64,000 nt of DNA from a bacterium. Its GTDB lineage: Bacteria > SAR324 > NAC60-12. Positions 58,597 to 64,000 of this stretch are shown in pieces. The notes beneath the pieces are model-generated. The model had not been told where the DNA came from. It ran no database searches and saw only the letters and a program-made list of their open reading frames with translations. Within the stretch, counting starts at the first letter, position 1. Every line of letters starts with the position of its first letter. A program made the position numbers and the translations under genes. The DNA is taken from contig OZ242383.1 in NCBI GenBank assembly GCA_965209155.1, positions 4,096,001-4,160,000 of the forward strand, in the 5' to 3' direction.

Positions 58597-58867
58597 GATT
58601 TGATTTTATTTGATGAATTTACGTCCTTTGGGCAGGGATCCGAATGCGGCCCAGCCTAAAATGAAGAAGGCTTTCACCTCAGATATGAGTTCTACCATGG
58701 GGAGGTTTACGCCTACCCATCCTCATGATTGCAGGAAAGAGGGAACAGTGATAAATTGAGGGAGAATGAAGCCACGCTTTTGAGAAAACAGATGAAACTA
58801 CCTTATGGGATCAGCAATTTTGCCCGTTTGAATGATACTTACAACAGATCCAATTGAGGAAAGAACA

Positions 58868-59089
58868 ATGACATTAACGATAGAGTTACCCGACACATTG
58901 ACTCAACAATTTCGTGAACGACAGATTCCTGAAAAAGAAATAGAAGCCGTAGTCTTAGCGACTTTAGAAATCTGGCTGGCTCAACAGAAATCAGAAACGG
59001 GTGACCGTTTCACTGAAAGTGCTGTGCCTTTCATCCGGCGGCTAATTGCACAAAATCGCGAACTTTTTGAAAGATTGGCGCAACGATAA
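58868..59089 (+). CDS. Small antitoxin-like protein, apparently orphaned
   Basis: GAGGA RBS; MTLTIELPDTL N-terminus and NRELFERLA C-terminus as in antidote-type proteins; followed only by MAEIQKP*. Confidence 0.6.
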   Translation: MTLTIELPDTLTQQFRERQIPEKEIEAVVLATLEIWLAQQKSETGDRFTESAVPFIRRLIAQNRELFERLAQR

Positions 59090-59225
59090 TCATGGCTGAG
59101 ATTCAAAAACCGTGAACCGTGCTATTCATCGTAAGCAAGGGCTTCTGCAAGATAATCCTCTGCTGAGAAAAGAGTATCAGGGAATGACCAATGCCTCCTG
59201 ACTGGGCATAAATGCCCTATTCGAT

Positions 59226-62200
59226 TTATGAGGGTTTTAGGTGGTACTGTTTTATTTTTCGATACAAGGTTTTAGGATTAACCTCCAGAAGGGCTGAAAC
59301 TTTGCTCTGTTGCCAGTCATTATCGTCCAGCACCCTGGTCAAATACAGTTTTTCGAATCGCTTCATAGTGGCATCCAAGGATTCATTGGTTTCACGCGCC
59401 TCAACTGAGACCGGTAGTTCTGTTTGGCTGGCATCGACTAAAGAGGAATCGAGGAAGTCGAGTTTCTTGAGCGTCAGGTAGCGATGCATGGTGTTGATCA
59501 GTTCCCTGACGTTTCCCGGCCAATCATAGGAGGTCAGAGCTTCCATAACAGCGACAGTGATCGTGGGCAGGTTCTTTGAGGAAGGGTAGTTTTGCATAAA
59601 ATGCTCGATCAAAAGGGGGATATCCTCTTTACGTTCCCGGAGAGGCGGCAAGTGAATGGGGATAATGTGGATGCGGTAGAAGAAATCCTCCCGCATCAAA
59701 CCCTTTTTTATCTGCTCTTTTAAATCCTTATTGGTGGCGGCAATGACGCGAAAATCGGAGATTTCCGCTTTAAGGCCGCCTACTGGCGTGAACCCTCTGC
59801 CCTCAACAGCACGCAGCAGTTTGGCTTGCAGGTTGGGGCCGATTTCGCCCAATTCATCCAGGAAAAGCGTGCCTTTGTCTGCCAAATGGAGCAGGCCCAG
59901 CTTATCTGTGTTGGCTCCGGTAAAGGCCCCTTTTTTGTAGCCGAAAAACTCACTTTCCAAGAGGGTTTCCGCAACGCCGCCGGCGTTGACAGCAACAAAG
60001 GGTTTTTCTTTTCTATCACTCATCTCATGGATAGCTTCGGCCACCAGTTCTTTCCCGGTCCCTGATTCACCATAGACAATGACACCCGCATCGCTAGCCG
60101 CCGCCTTTAAGATCAATTCATAAATCTTTTGCATCACGGGGCTTTTGCCGATAATCTTTCCGAAGCGATAACGCTCCTTGATATTGGCCTTCAGGCGGAC
60201 ATTTTCCTCACGCAAGGAGGTTTCGCTCGCTTTCAGTTCGTCCATCGCCTTTTTGAGGTTTTCGTGAAGCCTGGTATTTTCCAGGGAAATGGCGATCTGG
60301 GAGCTAAGGTGCTTGACCACCTCGAGTCGCCGGGAGGTGAAGGCTCCCTCAACCATGTTGTTTTCCAGGTAAATGATGCCGGTCAAGGCGGACTGAAGAG
60401 TGATCGGTGCGCACAGGATGGATTTAGGACGCTCCCTCCGGATATAATCATCTATGGCAAACCGTTCTTCCCGGGCGGCGTTGTCCAAAACCAGGTGCTC
60501 CTGGGTTTGTTTCACCCAGGAGATGACCGAGAGGGAGAGGGACCCAACCTTTTCCACAGGCAAAGAAAGCGGCAGGAAATATTCGACCTGCTCGGCACTG
60601 CCACGGGCAGCGATGAGAGACTGAGCTTCGGTTTCCAGTATCAGGGCTGCTGTCTGGGCCCCGGCATTTTCTATGAGAATACCAAGCAGGATCTCCAGCA
60701 GCGGTTCCAACTCGAGGGTACTGGAGATGGCCTCCGAGGCTTTGAGAATCGTCGCCAGGTCCAGGTTGGCCGAAGGAGACGCCGCTTCAGCACGATCATC
60801 GACAATCAACCCGGGATATCGAGACTTCAGGTGCGCGACCTTCCGTTTTGCCCCCCAGGCTTCGTATTTTTCCATTGCTGAGCGCAGGTAAGCCCAGGCG
60901 GCGTCGCTCCGACCCTGGTTGAGCAAGTACCTGGCAGCCAGTTCATTGGCCAAGGCTTCCTCGTGGATAAATTCGCTCTCCCTGGCCAAAGCGATGGCCT
61001 GGTCATAGTGGTGCATAATGGCATCGGGTTCACCCTCCAAAACCCGCAACCGTTCGGCTTCCACCAGGTGGTATTTATGCAAATAATTAGACGGTGCGCA
61101 GCGCGCCAGTTTCTCCAACGTCTCCTGATGGCCATGAACCTGGGTGAGGATCTCCTCCTTTTCCCCCTCGCTCCCCTGGCTGTAAACCGCCAGGAGAGCG
61201 AGGGAGAGGTAGCAGTTGACCAGGGGATCCATAAGGGCATCCTTGTAGGTTTTCATCAGTTTGATCATTTCAAAAACCGTCTCCCGGGCTGCTTCGTATT
61301 CTTCGAACAGGTATAGCAGCACCAGCTTTTGGTAATTAAAACTGATCTGTTCATGATAGACGAACTCCGCACCCATCACCCTGTGGTAATGATCCATGAT
61401 GCCGCTCGACAGGCTCGAAGGCTCCTCCATCAGAATCATGATTGCCTTCGTCAGCATTTCCACCTGGGGAGACCCGAGAATATAATCGATCTTCTTGAGA
61501 GCAAGCTTCAACGTCGACAATTCCCCTTTCAGCCAATTCAGTTCTTTTCCGCACATAAAGGCAATCTGACATCTTACGACAGCGCTACGACCGGCATTGA
61601 AAAAATCTCCCGTCTCGATTCCCATCTTATGAGCTTCCAGCAAGGGCTCCAATGATGCCGATAGCGGTTCCCGGTAGGACCGAGTCCCACCATTGAAACC
61701 CTCGGAAACTCTACAGTTAATTTCCTTCAGATCAAGCGCTTCCATGAGCTGTATGCCCAGACTGCCGAGTTCATAACCAAATTCAAAATCCTGCATAAAC
61801 TCGCAATATATCGTTGCAAGGAGACCATAGGATTCGGGTGAATGTTTCGGATGAAAATTATTCAGCAGAAAAGAGATGCGTTTTGAAGCGATGGGCTGCC
61901 AAAGACCGTTATCCAAAGTAACCCCAGCCTCGCCATAGGCCACATGGAGCTCATAGAGGATAGGGACAAGGACCTCGGCATCCTGTTGGGTGAGCGGCTC
62001 AAAGCGCATCACGTCTGCGACGCTTTTACCGGCCAGGCCGGGTTTGATTTGAACGAGGGTCTGCTGCCACTGGTCGAGAGACAGACGGCTCAGTTGATAC
62101 CCCAGTTTCTCCAGAATCTCCTCGCCCGTTTCCATGGCCTTCTTTAATTCACCCTGGTTGGTGTACGCCTTGATCAGGCATTGATAAACATTGGCCAGGT

Positions 62201-64000
62201 CCGGATCCTCTCGGACGTTGTCTTTTACGGCACCGGCCAGCTTCTCCATCAACTCGAAGCGGCCGCAGAGCCATGACATCTCCGTGGCTTCCTCATGCAG
62301 AGATAAGGCCAGGGGGTAATGCCGTTTCCAGGCGGCGGCTCCTGAAAGCTCCAGGCCCACGGTAAAATATTCCAGGGCCTGTTCAAAAGCCGCAGCCGCC
62401 CTGGCCTTAAGACCGGCCTTCAGGTTGAGTTCCGCCAGGTGCGATCGTTCTTTCCATTTATCCTTCACCCTCCGGGCCAGGTTGAGATGATGGACGATGT
62501 CAAAAAGCAGATCTTCACCTTTCTCCGGAGCGTATTGCTTGAGCAGAGCCTGACCGATTTGAAGATGGACCGGCTGTTTCTCCTTTTGGGCAATGAGGGC
62601 ATAGGCAGCCTGCTGCACCCGGTCATGCAGGAATTTGTAGCTGCGGCTCTCCGCGCTCGCTCCGGAGATAGGATTATCCGGCTGCGGAGCTCGGAAAAAA
62701 CCGAGGATCAACCCGGTTTCCAGAGCCGGCAACAGGTTCTCATAGAGTTCCCCGCTTCCGGCTCCACTGATCAGTCCTAACGATTCCAGGTCAAAGGTAT
62801 TGCCGATGCAGGCCGCCAAGCTTAAGAGTTTCCTGGTTTCAGAGGGGAACCGGTGGAGCCGGTCAACCAGCAACTCCACCACATTCTCGGTCACCGCCAG
62901 GAATTCGATGGCAGCCAGGTTCCAAATCCACTGTTTTTCCTCAGGGGAGAAGCGGATCAGGTTCTTTTCGGAGAGTAGGGTCAAAAACTGCCCCACAAAG
63001 AAGGGATTGCCTCCGGTTTTGCGCACCAGCAGTTCGGCCAGCGGTTTGGCCTCCTCAAGACGGCAGTGGCAGGTATGGACGAGCAGTAGTGAGATGTCAT
63101 CCGGGTTGAGGGGCTTTAAGGGGATTATTTGCACAGGCAGGCCAGTTTTTTTGATCACCTCACGACTGATCATCAGCCGGTGATCGGCCTCCACCTCGTT
63201 GTCGCGATAGGCCCCCAGGAAAAGCAGAGGTTTCCTCTCCGGATCCTGAGCGATCCGTTCCACCAGCTTGAGGGTATCGGCGTCCACCCACTGCAAGTCA
63301 TCCAGAAAAATAACCAGCGGATGGGTTTTTTCACAGAAAAGGTCGATGAACTCCAGTAAAACGGTAGTGAAGCGGTTGCGGGACTCCAGCGCTGCCATTT
63401 CCGGCAGCGGGGGTTGTGGGCCGATCATTTGTTCCAGTTCCGGGATCACCCGGGTCACCAGTTGTCCGTTGGGTCCCAGGGCAGCTCGTATCCTGCTTTT
63501 CCAACGCTCCATTCCGGATTTGTTTGCGACCGATATCTCCCGGATGAGTCCCCGCAGCGCCTCGATCAAGGCGCTGTAAGGGATATTGTGCCGGAGCTGG
63601 TCAAACTTGCCGGAGATGAGATAACCGCTTTTTTGGGCAACAGACCGGTGAATTTCACCGACCAGGGCGGTTTTGCCGACACCAGCAGTTCCCGAGACCA
63701 GCACTATCTCGGTCCCTCCCTGGCTGACTCGCTGCAGGGCGCCTTCCAGGGCGATGATTTCATCCTCCCGGCCGTAAAGCCCCGGGGCGATCTGCAATTC
63801 TTTAGGAATGTCCAAGCGAGCCAGGGGAAAGTCGGACAGGCTCTCCTGGTTTTCCAGTTGCTCCAGACAAATCAGGAGATCGGCTGCCAGACCCGAGTGA
63901 CTCTGGTAGCGCGCCTCGGCACGCTTGGCCAGCAGTTTCATCACCATATTAGAAAGAGTTTTAGGCACCCGCGGAGCCACCTGGTCCAGGGGTACGGGCT
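59226..64000 (-). CDS. Multidomain sigma54-dependent activator: (Ser/Thr kinase end)-AAA ATPase-helical repeats-GAF-bEBP AAA+-Fis HTH; 5' end outside window
   Basis: KLLAKRAEARYQS (kinase end), GTAGVGKT and FLDDLQW, FLHDRVQQAAY, SILCAP..IYLEN (GAF), GESGTGKE, GAFTGA, WPGNVREL, TLYRKIK. Confidence 0.95.
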   Translation of the reverse strand, partial: PVPLDQVAPRVPKTLSNMVMKLLAKRAEARYQSHSGLAADLLICLEQLENQESLSDFPLARLDIPKELQIAPGLYGREDEIIALEGALQRVSQGGTEIVLVSGTAGVGKTALVGEIHRSVAQKSGYLISGKFDQLRHNIPYSALIEALRGLIREISVANKSGMERWKSRIRAALGPNGQLVTRVIPELEQMIGPQPPLPEMAALESRNRFTTVLLEFIDLFCEKTHPLVIFLDDLQWVDADTLKLVERIAQDPERKPLLFLGAYRDNEVEADHRLMISREVIKKTGLPVQIIPLKPLNPDDISLLLVHTCHCRLEEAKPLAELLVRKTGGNPFFVGQFLTLLSEKNLIRFSPEEKQWIWNLAAIEFLAVTENVVELLVDRLHRFPSETRKLLSLAACIGNTFDLESLGLISGAGSGELYENLLPALETGLILGFFRAPQPDNPISGASAESRSYKFLHDRVQQAAYALIAQKEKQPVHLQIGQALLKQYAPEKGEDLLFDIVHHLNLARRVKDKWKERSHLAELNLKAGLKARAAAAFEQALEYFTVGLELSGAAAWKRHYPLALSLHEEATEMSWLCGRFELMEKLAGAVKDNVREDPDLANVYQCLIKAYTNQGELKKAMETGEEILEKLGYQLSRLSLDQWQQTLVQIKPGLAGKSVADVMRFEPLTQQDAEVLVPILYELHVAYGEAGVTLDNGLWQPIASKRISFLLNNFHPKHSPESYGLLATIYCEFMQDFEFGYELGSLGIQLMEALDLKEINCRVSEGFNGGTRSYREPLSASLEPLLEAHKMGIETGDFFNAGRSAVVRCQIAFMCGKELNWLKGELSTLKLALKKIDYILGSPQVEMLTKAIMILMEEPSSLSSGIMDHYHRVMGAEFVYHEQISFNYQKLVLLYLFEEYEAARETVFEMIKLMKTYKDALMDPLVNCYLSLALLAVYSQGSEGEKEEILTQVHGHQETLEKLARCAPSNYLHKYHLVEAERLRVLEGEPDAIMHHYDQAIALARESEFIHEEALANELAARYLLNQGRSDAAWAYLRSAMEKYEAWGAKRKVAHLKSRYPGLIVDDRAEAASPSANLDLATILKASEAISSTLELEPLLEILLGILIENAGAQTAALILETEAQSLIAARGSAEQVEYFLPLSLPVEKVGSLSLSVISWVKQTQEHLVLDNAAREERFAIDDYIRRERPKSILCAPITLQSALTGIIYLENNMVEGAFTSRRLEVVKHLSSQIAISLENTRLHENLKKAMDELKASETSLREENVRLKANIKERYRFGKIIGKSPVMQKIYELILKAAASDAGVIVYGESGTGKELVAEAIHEMSDRKEKPFVAVNAGGVAETLLESEFFGYKKGAFTGANTDKLGLLHLADKGTLFLDELGEIGPNLQAKLLRAVEGRGFTPVGGLKAEISDFRVIAATNKDLKEQIKKGLMREDFFYRIHIIPIHLPPLRERKEDIPLLIEHFMQNYPSSKNLPTITVAVMEALTSYDWPGNVRELINTMHRYLTLKKLDFLDSSLVDASQTELPVSVEARETNESLDATMKRFEKLYLTRVLDDNDWQQSKVSALLEVNPKTLYRKIKQYHLKPS

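Noticed and set aside
58555..58600. CRISPR array
   Set aside because: Only two adjacent short palindromes with a 21-bp period, no spacers and no cas genes; better explained as operator sites.

Overview
Bacterial chromosomal window. Gene content and style suggest a deltaproteobacterium-like organism, possibly SAR324-like; this is an impression, not tested. Most of it is housekeeping: ybeY, ydiJ, rpsU, ispE, ribH, pcm, galU, pgm, clpP, rpmB, pheA, miaB, fmt, yggS/yggT, ftsH, psd, fabI, queF. Four accessory blocks interrupt it. (1) A ~10 kb defence-type island (~5.7-15.8 kb) with a TIR/SEFIR gene divergent from a three-gene ubiquitination-like operon (Ubl, E2, JAB-E1 fusion), plus DUF2971, two frameshifted genes and a type II R-M pair. 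The operon is the strongest candidate for a new system variant: its Ubl has no C-terminal glycine (ends PTPVA), and its E2 and E1 lack cysteines at the expected catalytic positions. (2) An ISKra4-family element with an IS256 nested inside it, both with IRs and 9-bp TSDs. (3) A four-helix-bundle pseudogene cassette bounded by perfect 20-bp inverted repeats. (4) A cluster at 53.4-64 kb (SDR, ThuA-like, BNR propeller, ABC binding protein, a dppB/dppC deletion scar) behind a predicted sigma54 promoter/UAS/IHF region, next to a giant kinase-AAA-GAF-sigma54 activator. At 0.5-3 kb is an uncharacterised MotA/ExbB-type module with two different ExbD-like partners. No rRNA, tRNA or CRISPR array was recognised. 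All family calls come from motif recognition by eye; no searches were run.
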